From assembly GCA_965113315.1 (NCBI GenBank), contig OZ220371.1: a stretch of DNA of 64,000 bases; one strand, given 5' to 3'. The position numbers and the translations under genes are program-made. This stretch comes from Podarcis vaucheri (Eukaryota). Positions 1 to 12,927 of the stretch are shown one piece after another. Positions within the stretch are counted from its first letter, which is position 1. Every line of letters begins with the position of its first letter. The notes under the pieces are model-generated. The model was not told where the DNA came from. It ran no database searches and saw nothing but the letters and a program-made list of their open reading frames with translations.

Positions 1-1425
1 TCTGCCCCTTGACTCCTCCTTTCATGAATCTATGTTTAAACCAAGACAATTTTAACCAACCATCTTTACCCATTTTATCTGAAGCAGGAAAGTGGTAACA
101 CACTTTAGAATAATCCAGGATCTTAAACTATTATCTGAAGTTGGTTTAAGGTCTTGGTTTCTTCTGAACCTAGTTTTCTGGTTTAGGTGAAAAGGGAAAC
201 TATAATTAGAGAATTCCTGGTTTAATTGAGGCTTGTATGAAGTGCCTGTACATGTGGAGCAAAGGGTTGTTCATACCTCAGATTATTAAACTAAGATACG
301 CTTGTCTAAACCTAGCCAATATCTGAAAGATACATTATTATTCCAAGCACCACTATACTTTTTTAGAAAGGTATAGGATAATTGAAGAGTGGAAGTTTAC
401 AGTTCTCTTATTTAACTCCCCCAACTTTTTTTTTTTAAGTGTTCAAAACCTTTACCTAACCTGAACTGCTATTTTTAGCATGAAAAAGCTATTCACATCA
501 TTTGATACATTCTGACTTTTAAAAATTAAATATGACAGATAAAGAACAAAGGGGAAATGGAGAACCATCCAATAGATATTTTGAAGTGCTAGTTAGTTTT
601 TTGGCTGATTTTATGCTTCAACCATACATGTGTTGCTGGGAATAACTCTAATATGACAACATATTGCAGGAACACAAAAGAAAGAAATAATAAGCAAACA
701 AGCATTCTCATATCAAAACATGTATCTACATAACATAAGATGTCATTGCCCATAGATAAATGAGTTCATCAATTTAATGAAAATCCAACGGAATCGGCTG
801 CCTAATGAGCACTCAAAGTGATGTGTCAAGGGTTCTGCACCACTGCTGACAAAATCAGTTTGATGAAACTATGACAAAAGCATTCTCTCGCACATCTCAT
901 TAACATTAAATGATAGTATTTACAACGTATACAGCAAGATCCAACTTTTTCAGTTCAGCTGTTCTGGCAATACAAGTAAAAATGTTTTCAGCAATGTTTG
1001 TTTTCTTTCCTTCAAGGTCATTTTCATAATTAAGCAGCTTTTAGTATGGTGGAAAAAGGGGGGGGGGGAGTCTCCCTTGCTATGAATTTTCACAGGAATT
1101 TCCAAAAAAGAAAGAAACAAGGCTTATTCTTTTATGAACCAATCAATGTAATTTCGTATAAGGCAAGGAGTATTTCAAGAAAGCTACAATGCTGTCACTT
1201 TCATCAAAACCCAACAGCAGATTTATCTTTTCTTGTAAGTTGAAAACTAGAAGTCGCTTAGGTTGTTTCCTAATTGTTATTGAACTGAAAGATGTAACTA
1301 CCAGAACAAAACAAGAGAAAAGAGTGCCCATTACCAATATGCATTACAAAGAAATCATTACTTGTTCTGAAGAAAAATCCTGGTCAATTTTGTTTCAGAT
1401 AGAAACACCACAGAGTAGAAAAGTA

Positions 1426-1808
1426 AGGTAAGGTAAAGGTAAAGGACCCCTGCAAGTCCAGTCGTATTCAACTATGGGGTGCGGCACACATCTCCACTTT
1501 CAGGCCAAGGGAGCCAGCGTTTGTATGCAGACAGCTTTTCTGGGTCCTGTGGCCAGCACAACAAAACTGCTTCTGGCACAACAGGACACTGGGATGGAAG
1601 CCAGAGTGCACAGAAACACTGTTTACCTCCCCGCCGCAGCAGTACCTATTTGCTTGCGCTGGTATGCCTTCGAACTGCTAGGTTGGCAGGAGCTGGGACA
1701 AAGCAACAGGAGCTCCCACCACCACTTGGATTCGAACTGCCAACCTTAGGACCGGCAAGCCTAAGAGGCTTGCTTGTTTAGACCACAGCACCACCCGTAT
1801 CCCTAACT
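1426..1808 (-). mobile_element. Sauria SINE (Squam1)
   Basis: Reverse (ACCTTT)n tail at 1426-1445 and typical body (gaactgctaggttggcaggagctggg); 12-bp TSD AGTAGAAAAGTA at 1414-1425 and 1809-1820. Confidence 0.9.
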
Positions 1809-2216
1809 AGTAGAAAAGTACAGTATGTGCAAGTGCATCAGGGCCAACCTATGGTGAGAGGGGAAGGACAGCATGATGTGCGCACACACCATTCCCTGGG
1901 CAGAAACTGGCAGCTGGATCTTACTTCAATACTGGCAACAGAATTCCACTACTGTCCATTTGTGGCCATTCAGGGAAGGGAGACGAAGCATCTCCACCCT
2001 ATCTATACTCAGAACAGGCAGTGTGCTGCCTGCGCCGAGTAAAAAAATTTGCTTGTTAGCAAATTGACCAAGTTGACTGGGGTTTTTTTCACCTACTCTG
2101 CACTGATATATCAGCAGGGATCTATAGTTGGTTGCAGCTGTTAAATAGGCTACTTTGGTCATACTGGTCAATGCTATGTCAGGTAACTGTGGGAATTTAC
2201 AGGCAGTTAAGGTTGA

Positions 2217-2568
2217 GAGGACGCGGGTGGTGCTGTGTGTTAAACCACCGAGCCTAGGACTTGCCGATCAGAAGGTCAGCGGTTTGAATCCCCGCAACGC
2301 GGTGAGCTCCCGTTGCTCGGTCCCTGCTCCTGCCAACCTAGCAGTTAGAAATCACGTCAAAGTGCAAGTAGATAAATAGGTACCGCTCTGGTGGGAAGGT
2401 AAAAGGCGTTTCTGTGCACTGCTCTGCTTTGCCAGAAGTGGCTTAGTCATGCTGGCCGCATGACCAGGAAGCTGTACGCCGGCTCCCTTGGCCAATAAAG
2501 CGAGATGAGCGCCGCAACCCCAGAGTCGGCCACAACTGGACCTAATGGTCAGGGGTCCCTTTACCTTC
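2217..2568 (+). mobile_element. Sauria SINE (Squam1), lacertid-type
   Basis: tRNA-like head, body cctgccaacctagcagtt, tail ccctttacctt; flanking AAGGTT at 2209-2214 and 2569-2574. Confidence 0.9.
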
Positions 2569-2786
2569 AAGGTTTGGTGAATACTCTTAGGAACCTTTAA
2601 AGATGAACGGTATAGTCCCGAGACCTGCCTTTATGGCTGTGGGGCTCACTTGACCTCTGAGGCCAACCTCTTACAGCCTCCTGAAGTTGTAGGGCCCCAC
2701 AAAATGTGGACACTTTCAAGAGAAGGGGTAGAGTTCCCTTTTTTCCTTTATCAGGGTAGCCTGACTCATGGCTGTTTGTCACAAGT

Positions 2787-2886
2787 ACATAGGAAGCTAC
2801 CTTATAGCAAGTCCAACTAGTTCAGCACTATCAATACTGACCAGCAGCAGCTCTCCAGGATTTCAGATAGGGGTCTCCCCCAGCTC
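2787..2886 (-). mobile_element. Squam2-like SINE fragment
   Basis: cataggaagctaccttata...cagcagctctccaggatttcaga resembles a common squamate SINE 3' part; family name is from recall. Confidence 0.5.
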
Positions 2887-2917
2887 CACTGAAGTGGTAA
2901 CCTTGTTCTGCCTAATA

Positions 2918-3154
2918 AGAGCCAGTGTGGTGTAGTGGTTAAGAGCGTTAGTCTTGTAATCTGGGGAACCGGGTTCACGTCTCCGCTCCTCCACAGGCAG
3001 CTGCTGGGTGACCTTGGGCTCTGAAGTCTCTCAGCCTCACTCACCTCACAGTGTTTGTTGTGGGGAAGGAAGGGAAAGGAGAATGTTAGCCGCTTTGAGA
3101 TTCCTTCGGGTAGTGATAAAGCGGGATACTAAATCCAAACTCTTCTTCTTCTCT
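2918..3154 (+). mobile_element. tRNA-derived SINE, Squam3-like
   Basis: A box TGGTGTAGTGG, B-box-like GGTTCACGTCT, gtgaccttgggc core, (CTT)n tail, flanking TAATA repeat. Confidence 0.8.
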
Positions 3155-3303
3155 TAATAGCAGGGCTGGCCATACAGGACATCACGGTTGCACCAGCAGC
3201 TTGTGTTCATGCCAGATGACTTAAGGCATGTTCATGTAATCTATTCATGATGGCCAAGTTCAACTAGAGGAAACATGAATGAGTATTAAGCAGAAGGGGT
3301 GGT

Positions 3304-3459
3304 CATAAGAACATAAGAAGAGCCTGCTGGATCAGGCCAACGACTCATCTAGTCCAACATCCTTTTCTTAGAGTGGCCAACCAGATGCCTATGGAAAACC
3401 CACAAGGAGGACCTGAGCACAAGAGAACTTGCCCCTCCTGCTCTTTCCAGCAACTGGTG
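3304..3459 (-). mobile_element. 3' end of a CR1-type LINE or CR1-dependent SINE
   Basis: Reverse 8-nt tail repeat (CATAAGAA)2 followed by gagcctgctggatcaggcc. Confidence 0.6.
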
Positions 3460-4698
3460 AAGTGAAATATCTTTGGGAACAGTATTCTTTCCTCTAACCA
3501 TTATTTTGTCAAATCCCTGCTATTAAGGCCATTGCCTATTTGTTTCCCTTCTTCAGAAAACCTGGTAGCTGGTTACATTCCTGCATACATTCCCTTTCTA
3601 TCAAAAATATACACCTTCTCTTATATTTGCCATTTTTGTCAGACACTCAGATGTTTAGAAGCCAATTTCAACTTTTATATGTGAGGGCGATCTGGATGCG
3701 ACATCTGTCACCCCACTGAACTTTTATAATTATGTCACAGACGTTGAGCAAATTGCTGCCAGATGCTTCAAGGAATGCCATCAAATTATCTGGTGTGCTA
3801 TAGACTCCTCCTATGGATTTGCCCCTATGAACCAATATATCTGTGTCTATCAGGTGACTAACACTAAGTAATTAAATAAGCTGTACTCAATACTTTGACT
3901 GTTTTCCTGATGAACCAAATGCTTACTTAATCGTATGTCTTCTCAAATACAAAATTTGCAATGAAAAAGTCATTTGAAATACTGCAAGGAAACAAGAACG
4001 TGGTCATAATTGTTTTAGTTGTCATCTAACTAGTGCTTGGAATGAATTAGTTCAACTGTACTAGTTCAAAAATATTTGAAATGTACCTGAAGTAGTTCCG
4101 TAATTGTTCAGTGAACAAAAGGTGAATTAAGCTCCTTTTGGAGTAGAATTCTGAATGATTTCTAGTTAATCTTTGCACCTCCTACCAGGAGGATCTGACT
4201 TCTTAGCTTTCTTTTTTTTTTTAAAGTAAGTTAATCAGACATCTATAAAGAAAGTTAGAAAGCAAAAGTGAAGGAAATGTTCTGAGGCTTATTAGGCAGC
4301 TATGGAGGTGCTGCTGCTGCTCATGATGCTTATTCACAAATTCACCATTGCTAAGGAATCATAAGAAAGAAATTGTGAAGCATTTCCTGTATCTTCCCTG
4401 CTGAAGAGATGTGCTGTCTTTCAACAGCAGCAGCTTGCTCCTGTATAATATATATGTACAGGAACAAAAAGAGTGATGCCTTTTATCTTTAAACAGGGTA
4501 GCGTTTTCTACTATGGAAATGCAATTATGGGGAAAGCTTCACCTGTCGACATTCTATCTGTCAGACATCTTGTGTATGATTCATGATTTACTTTTGGACC
4601 CTATTCTTCAGCACAGTGGCTTGTAACATTCTGAATGTTAGAGTTTTTGTGAGGTGTTTTTTTTATAGAGAATGAGATTTTTAAAACTTCATTTAGAT

Positions 4699-5232
4699 CA
4701 GTGGTGTCCAAACTTTTTTCAAAAAGGGCCAGATTTGATGAAGTGAAGGGCCATGAGGGCCAACCAAAGGGCCAACCAAAGTTGTTGACCTTTTTTGAGG
4801 ATTGAAGTGGTTGAGGTAGGCAAACTAAGGCCTGGGGGCCAAATCCGGCCCAATCACCTTCTCAATCCAGCACCATGGACAATCTGGGAATCAGTGTGTT
4901 TTTACATGAGTAGAATGTGTCCTTTTATTTAAAATGCATCTCTGGGTTGTTTGTGGGGCCACCTGGTGTTTTTACATGAGTAGAATGTGTGCTCTTATTT
5001 AAAATGCATCTCTGCGTTATTTGTGGGGCATAGGAATTCGTTCATCCCCCCCCCCCAGAATATAGTCCAGCCCCCCACAAGGTCTGAGGGACAGTGGACC
5101 GGCCCCCTGCTGAAAAAGTTTGCTGACCCCTGTTTTAGGATTTTACCCCAGGAAATAAACTGCCACAGGGGCCAGATTAAACCGACTGGCGGGCCAGATT
5201 AGACCCCTGAAACGATCTTTGGACATTGCCTG
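4699..5232. mobile_element. Non-autonomous hAT element (outer) carrying a nested insertion
   Basis: Ends CAGTGGTGTCCAAA...TTTGGACATTGCCTG; 8-bp TSD ATTTAGAT/ACTTAGAT. Confidence 0.8.
4814..5132. mobile_element. Nested hAT (Charlie/OC1-like) MITE with an internal 70-bp-period tandem duplication (4896-5029)
   Basis: Ends ggtaggcaaact...aaaagtttgctgacccctg; absent from the related outer-element copy at 53776-53984. Confidence 0.75.
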
Positions 5233-7167
5233 ACTTAGATGAACTGCCATAGTTTGTTCTGTAAAAGGACAAACTGGAACTGCCTCTGACACACAAAACA
5301 AGAATCCATCCATTTTACTGCCTGTAAGGTTTATACTCTCTGGATGTCACTTGTAGCTCACAGATCTCATCACATACAAAGGATCTTTGAGTACCACTCC
5401 TCCCCAATGTCAATGCAAATATGTTACCATTTTATGTGTTTCTAAAAAAGACACAAACATTTCTTTCCACCTAACACACACAAGTGCAATACAAATCAGT
5501 TATTTGCAAGTATATATTGGCATCCAGAAACTTTTGGCAGGTCTAAATTTTAGACCACATCATAACCTTTCTCTATCAAAAATTATCCTTAATTATACAC
5601 TCTTAATTATACAGAGGTGTTTTTTTCCAAGCTGTAGCTTCCAGCACAATGAACGGCCAAATTGTTATACAAATGACGTATCACCGTTATCACTGTTTAC
5701 ACATTGAACTCCTGTATCACGTTGCTAGCAGGCTGCCTGGCTGTCTAGGGAATATCATCATGAATTTGTTCAATGTCTCAGGGCAACACCTAATTCCAAC
5801 AAGACTCTTTGCTATTCCACACAAATAATAACCACAGAAAACCGCTTTGTCACTCTTCTTAAAGCTAGTTTAACTACTGTATGCCTTACACAACTGTGCA
5901 AGGAGCATTATGGTCATATAAACGTATTTCCAGCAAATAGCCAGTCAAAAATCCAGAGTGCTTCTCATTTTTCTCATCTGAATCATTCCAACCAATTTGA
6001 AAGAAACCAGTATGCTATTTGTGGTTAAAACTATGCTACTTTTCTTCCAATGATGAGTGCAGATGCCACAGTCTGATTCTATGTTTATTCTGCTTCCGTC
6101 TTATTACAAGCATTTCTCATTCTCTTGCATTTCTTTGTGAAACAGTAGCAGACACAAGAGATTCTTGCGAGACTAACAACCACAATTGTCTGCTTTCCAT
6201 GCTACATTTTCAGAAAGAGCATAAATGCAATTACAGGAATCTGGCTTTCTGTGGTAGGCCTTCCCTCCCTGTTTTGAAACGGAATTCAATGATAACTTCA
6301 AGTATTGCTAAAATAGCCTTTTGTGGGTCCCTGGGTGCAGCTTCCTGCAGCAGGATTTGCGGCATACTTATTCATTAAATGTGTGGCAATATGGTAAAAG
6401 AGGTAGCAGACAGACATTAATTTATACAGTTAATGAATATATTAAGTTCATTTATTTCAAAATATATAGGTACCGGGGATTTTTAAGTGACATATCGTAA
6501 AATTGGCCAAAACCTGGTGCCTCGGGGAACCAGCTGATTATAAACATTCTTCCCCTAAAAAACCACCACTTTTGTCAATCCACACAATTATTACCTTGTC
6601 CTGAGTTTTACAAATAGTGGTTAATGGCTATGAAAGCACCGATGCCAGAGCTAAGCCAGCAAAGAGTGAGAATGCTTTCCTAACTTTTAGACCCACTGGC
6701 TGGAGGGTGTCTCCGATGTGGTAGAAATACTCCTCTGAGGTGAAAAGAGGAGGAATCCACCAGAGGATTCCTGCAAAAAGGTCTGTGCCACAGATTCCAG
6801 GGGCATGTGAAGGGCAGCCTTTGAACCACTATATTCAAAACTTACTTATTCCACAGATAGGTTCCAGAATCAGGCCCACCAACTACACCAGTCTGGAACT
6901 GCTGAAGCTAATTCACCTCCCTGCCCCACTGCTGATTTCAATGCAGGGGTCAAATTCAGAACACGAAAAATACAACGGGAAAAATACAACACTTCACTAG
7001 ATGCAGAGGAAGTTAGTCCTATTTTATTTTAACTGAAATTACGGCATAAGTTGCTTCATGACTAACTTAAATTCCACTGATTAAAGCATTATTAACTTCT
7101 TCTGGATTCAACCCTCTTTATTAGTTCTTCAGAGAAGATAAAAAAGGTTTGTATATTTATATATATT

Positions 7168-7205
7168 TGTGTGTGTGTGTGTGCGCGCGCGCACACACAC
7201 ACACA
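7168..7205. repeat. (TG)8(CG)4(CA)7 palindromic microsatellite
   Basis: Read directly from the sequence. Confidence 0.95.
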
Positions 7206-10200
7206 ATCATTTTTGTGATCTTCATCAATTTCCAGAAGCTTATAACACAGCAAATTGTTTACTGATTTATGACTGACTTCATGGGACCTTTCCAGGAGCA
7301 AAGAAAATCTGCAGTTATTTGTAACTTAAAATGTCACTAATGCATCTCTAACCCTATATGGGTTACCCGTACTATTTATTGTGTCATTTATTTGAATGTG
7401 AATAGTCTTGTTAAAGGGGGCCTAGTCCATGCATACTCTAGTTGTGCACAGGGTAAAATCACACCACATAGACACAATGCACTAAAAATAACAGTTCTGT
7501 GAGGGAGAAGTTACCTTCCTGGTATTTATCAGGATTTTTTTTTAGGTCTTAAAAAAACTCAGTTCTTCTAGGTTTCTCAGGCTCTAGGATACAGGCATGT
7601 GATACAGGCATGGGTAGAGCTGGGGTTTGCATAAGTGCTAGCCAGTAGGTGCTCATCATACTCAAACAACCTCAGTCCATACACCACTCACAATTGCAAT
7701 GGGAGTGCTACATTGTGGAAATATTTTACTTACTTGGGAATAGTAATTTAAGGTTTGAGAACTGGGAAAATGCAATTGTACTGAGAAGAATACATTTGAT
7801 TATAATAATGTAAAGAACACAATCTTGAAGAACCACTGAGTGAGCATAGAGTGCTAAGGCCCTTTGGAAACCAATGTGAAATTGCCCAATGCCTCCATGT
7901 AATTTTATTTTTCATTCCTTTATAAATATCTTTCCAGATGCAGGCATACAAATAACTCTATACGCTATTTCCTTCGCCTTCTTCTAACAACTGATCTATT
8001 CCTTTCAGATTTATACTGAAGTACTCATCTGGCTATTCTCATGAATATTCAGCCACCTGAGCGCACTTTGTTGCTTTCAGGCTTCTTTATGTACAACAAA
8101 CAGCATTCAATTGGTGGACAATTACAATGTTTAGTATCATATTTAAAACCACTATTCAAAACTTTTCTTAATGCTATTATCAGGTGTGGGGGTTTTTGCA
8201 ACAATTTTGTGTATAAAAATAAAAGCGCTGGATTTTTATTGACGCTGCCCTCTTTGTTTCGTTCCACTTTGCAAAGCCCTTTTGGGACACTAAGCCTGCA
8301 TTTACCATAATACGGATTAAACTCTCTTTGTCCAACTGCATAGTGTTGGTTAGCAGGTTAGTCTTTTTACATTCTTTACAGCCTGCCTGCAGCTTACCCT
8401 TTAGGCCTCACAAAATACTTCTGTGGATTTACAAAAATGCCAGAGTGGTCCCGGGGTTAATTGGAAGAAAAGTGAAGCCTTTAACGCATTGACTCATTAA
8501 ACATTTAGCCCACAAAAATCCACTATTCTAGGCAAAGAAAAAGACTCTGTAGAGATCTTAACAATAATAAGGTGGCAAAGTAGCTGAAAATAATGACTAC
8601 TGGTTGTTCTACAAAATGGAGAAGGCTTAATTTATCTGCCAAAAAAAAATGGTTTGACGGTACAAAGAAACATTTCCAGATCAACTACCTAGCTCAGTAC
8701 ATCACAGAATGGTTTTAACACTTTGTTAACCAAGGATACTGAGCAAAACATCCAGAATGTCATTTTTAAATAGTGAAGTGCAGATATGTGATCACAATGT
8801 ATTAACACAGCTACTTGAGGGACAAGATGTTGAGTAAAATACCATCAACTGAAGTCAATATGAAATCCCAGCAGTTCAATAAACAAATTAAAAATATCAT
8901 TTGCATTTTATTTTCATTTATTACATAATAGATACATTATGATATATAATGTAACCACTTTAAGTGTTTATAATTAAGCAACTGTAGCATATTTTGGAAC
9001 ACAACCATTTCAATAAATTTGTTTACTTAAAACAGAGAGATAAATAAATCTCATATGGTTAAGTGAACTTATATTTAACTCCTGCAAAATAGAAACAGCA
9101 GATTGTTCTTGAAATTACCATTTCCACAATCTAACCTCTTCCTCCAAAAGAGAAAATGCCAACCGCCCCCCAAAAAAGACCCTTCACAACTTCAGACTTG
9201 AAGTAAAGGATTAGATGGTATTTGTGCAAGATGCAGATAACAAAAGCAAGAGTGAAGAAAATTGAAGAGACAGCTAAACTCCAGCAACAAAATGGTTAAA
9301 GAATCTGAATCATTGTCCCTCTTATTCTAAGGGCCTGCTATATTGTGAACAGCGCAAACATCAGACAAGGTAAGATTACTGACCATTATCTCCTTAATTT
9401 TCTCCGCTTTCCCTCACATTCCCTCTTGCTATCAACATACTATTTTTCCAAAGCTTCACTTCTGCAAAGAAGTAAACTTTCCATAATCCGTCTATTATTG
9501 AACCCTTAATTGGATTGGGAGCAGGGTGGTGTATAAAATAGCCTCTATTCAGTCAAAAGGACTGTAGTTTTAGGGACTCAAAGGGAAAAAGCATTGTGAA
9601 AGAAAATCCACAGGGAATCAAGGATTAAAAGGTGGCTCTACTGAACTCATCAGCTCCACGACACATAATGAATTGTTTCCTTAAACAGGTAACTTTCTAA
9701 ATAAATGGACTCTGCCTTGTAGTATAACCGGTATATCAAAACAGAGAAAAGTAAATTGAAAATAAAATTGGCTTAGCATCTAACACGCCTGCTTCTGATC
9801 ACAACTTTTAAGAATAATGGAGGCTCTCTCTCTCCCTTTTAAATAAACATCTAGGCAACAGTTACTAGGACCTGGAGACCGAAGTGTAAATGATATACTC
9901 AGCTAAGCTACCACATTTATACACAAATGCCTTTCTGAAGTAAATTTAAAGCTTCCGTCCAGAGTGGAGCTTTTGAACTAAACATTCATAGCTCAGGATT
10001 CCTGAAAAGTATAACAGAGGAACATAAAGTCAGACTTTGTTATACAGACATTGTCATGAAGAATTCACCATGTGGTGGCATGTAAAAATAAAATGAAATA
10101 ATACAGACTACTCTAGAAAGAATCAGACACTGTGATAATAAGTTCATCTGCGTAAATCCTGTACATTTTTTTTTTGTCAAATGTTGATTTGTTACCTGAT

Positions 10201-11855
10201 TTCTTAACTAGATTACCAACAAGTGAATAACATCATTTGCAAAACACACCCTTTCTTGGAACCTGATAGAAGGTTATAGGGAAGATACAGCATATCTTCA
10301 TTTCAAAATGGCTATTACACAGTTTTTTTAAAAAAAATTCTTTAGGTTTCTACTGAAAGCAGCTTCTGAAGGTGACTCAGAAGAATTTTCCCTTACTCTA
10401 ACCCTCAGGTGGTGGGAGAAGTTACTTCTTTTCTCTAGACTTTTGTACAGACACAAAAACAGCCAAAACCTATATGCACATAGAAGCATGGCCTAAGTAG
10501 AATTAACTTCAGCATATTTGGGAAATGTTTGCCTGATGAATATCCTCATCACTGGAAGTCACTTTGTCACAAATGCATTATTATATTAAGAGCCACATTG
10601 ACACTAAGTGTCACAGATGCATCCATGGCTATAAACCTAGGTTTCCTTAATAAGGCTTAACATTTACTTTATATTGGAAGTCTGAATGTTTTGTCATCAG
10701 AGTGCTATTGGTTATCACTATGGAAGTTATCCCATAGCCAGCGAAAGAGGACAAGCAACCTGGCACCCTCAATTTCCATGCCGCTTTTTGTGCTCCTCTC
10801 ATTTGGCATGTATGGGCACTTGCTCTTGTGGCTCAATGGAGCTCAAAGGCTGCTGCAATACATCATTATCTTGAATCTTCACAGTGGTGAAACTGATCTC
10901 TATGGACATACTGTTCTTAAATTCTCAAGCAGAAAGATACATGCCATGATTCTAGAGCGATATGATTCCTAAAACGTTGCTGACATCAAACACAGATTTT
11001 GCTACAGCAAATTAAACCTGCTGAAGGTCTACAAGGATCCCATCTAGAAGCCTTTAGTGATCAAAAGAAATCCCCTGGTGGTGCTGAACAGACCAGCTAC
11101 TCAAACCTACCACACCAGATTAGATCTATACTGTTGTCCTTCTTTCTTTAAGTGGGAGGAATGGGAGCCCCACTGCACTCACAGGCCAGCTTTTTAACAA
11201 GTCTTACAGCACCATTCAGCCATCAATTCATGTCTTCATCTGTCCCACCTCATGGTGTTGCCTGAAGCTGATTGCTTCACCCTACTGCATGGAAGGGCTG
11301 GCCCTGACCTGAATTTATTGTAGCTACAAGACAAGCAAGTCAGTCCCTATCATCTGCTGCACAGTACAAATCATACATGAGAAGCCAAAACTCATTAGAA
11401 TACCTGTATTTTCCTAGAAATTACCCACTTCTCCTCCTATGTACATTTTTAGTAATGAAACAACTTAAAGGAACGCTTTCCTTACTTAAAAATGTGATAG
11501 CCTCTTAAAAGAGTTGCAACACAGTTAATAAATCCTTGCAGTCTCTGTTATCATATCGACTTCATTGCAGCAGGTTGGGAAAGAATCAAGATTCTCGTTT
11601 AAGAAGAAAATGTGGTTCTGGTGGTAGTACATTATATAGAAAGAGTTTTGGTTTATTTTATTTATATATATATATATATATATACCAGAATCAGATACTT
11701 CATGACAAGCAGCTTGTTATGTACCACTTCTTATGTGCTACATAGCACCACACAACACCTACAGATATGTCACATAAGGGAACACCACATACAACAAGAG
11801 CAACATCTCATCCCAGCTTTCTACATAGAACAGTGGGTGAGATACAGAGTGGTGC

Positions 11856-12029
11856 CAGAGGTGGATTTAGGGCAGCACGACCGGTTCTGCCACACTGGGC
11901 ACCAAGCCTAGGGCATCACAATTATGACATAGTGAACTGAGCAGAACAGAAGGCAAGAGGAGGAGGGGGCGCTGAATTTTGGCCTTGCACAGGGCGCTAC
12001 TGAAATTTGAAAAACCAAAGTCTGCCCCG
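11856..12029. mobile_element. hAT-type MITE
   Basis: Degenerate TIRs CAGAGGTGGATTT...AAAGTCTGCCCCG flanked by a GTGGTGC direct repeat. Confidence 0.65.
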
Positions 12030-12745
12030 GTGGTGCAAGCCTATCTAGGTTGTGAGAATCCTGCAGCAGAGATACAAGGCATAGTTGAGAATGCTATGCA
12101 GTTGCTCCTTCTGGACAAGCAGTGTTATACATCTCTTTCTCTCATATATGCTCTTTAAACACTCAACCAGTCATGTAGGACGCACACCCATAAGTGCATT
12201 TAATATAGGCAGGTGCAGAGTCCAAATGTTTCACATGGGTGGAGCCAATCACATCGCTCTCTCCAGGAGAAAAGAGATGTCGATTTTTAAAATGGCCCCA
12301 CCCATACAGCTTGGCCATTTGTAAGTTCTCAAAGTGGCATGTGATCTGTTCACCTAGCTGCTGGGTGGGTGGGGCCTGGAAGTAGACCAGAAAGAAGACT
12401 TTGCCCTTGCAGAGTTTAAAGGGGGATGGGGTGCAGCAGGGCATTGTAGTCTTTGTTTGCTTTCCTCCCACCCTCCCTAATTTGTTATGGCTGGGGGTCC
12501 TTCAGGGGATTGTATCAACCCCACTTATGGACCTTGTTGGGAAAAATTGTTAGCTGCTGTTTTTTGGACCAGGAAGGAGTTTTCCCTCCAATCTGATTAG
12601 CTGAGTCTGGGGCTTTTGCCTGTCTCATAACAATTATCACAACTTCTGGGCAGAAGGCGCATTGTGCTGGTACCTTGGTTGAAATGGGTGAGAAGGCTCC
12701 CCCCCTCCCCCCCTGGCCCAGGAGATAAGAGGGATCCCCCTAAGG

Positions 12746-12927
12746 CAGAGCTTTCCAAACTTTCCATGTTGGTGACACACTTTTTAGACATGCATCATTT
12801 CGCGACACAGTAATTCAGTTTTACCAGCAAACCAGAGGTTAAACTAACCCCTTTCCAGCCCCGGGAGGAGCGTGGGGAGCATTCGCATGACACACCAACG
12901 TGTCATGACACAGTTTGGGAAGATCAA
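12746..12927. mobile_element. hAT-type MITE
   Basis: TIR CAGAGCTTTCCAAACT...AGTTTGGGAAGATCAA; perfect 8-bp TSD CCCTAAGG at 12738-12745 and 12928-12935. Confidence 0.85.

Noticed and set aside
2918-3000. tRNA-like A/B boxes
   Set aside because: These are a SINE head followed by SINE body and tail, not a tRNA gene.
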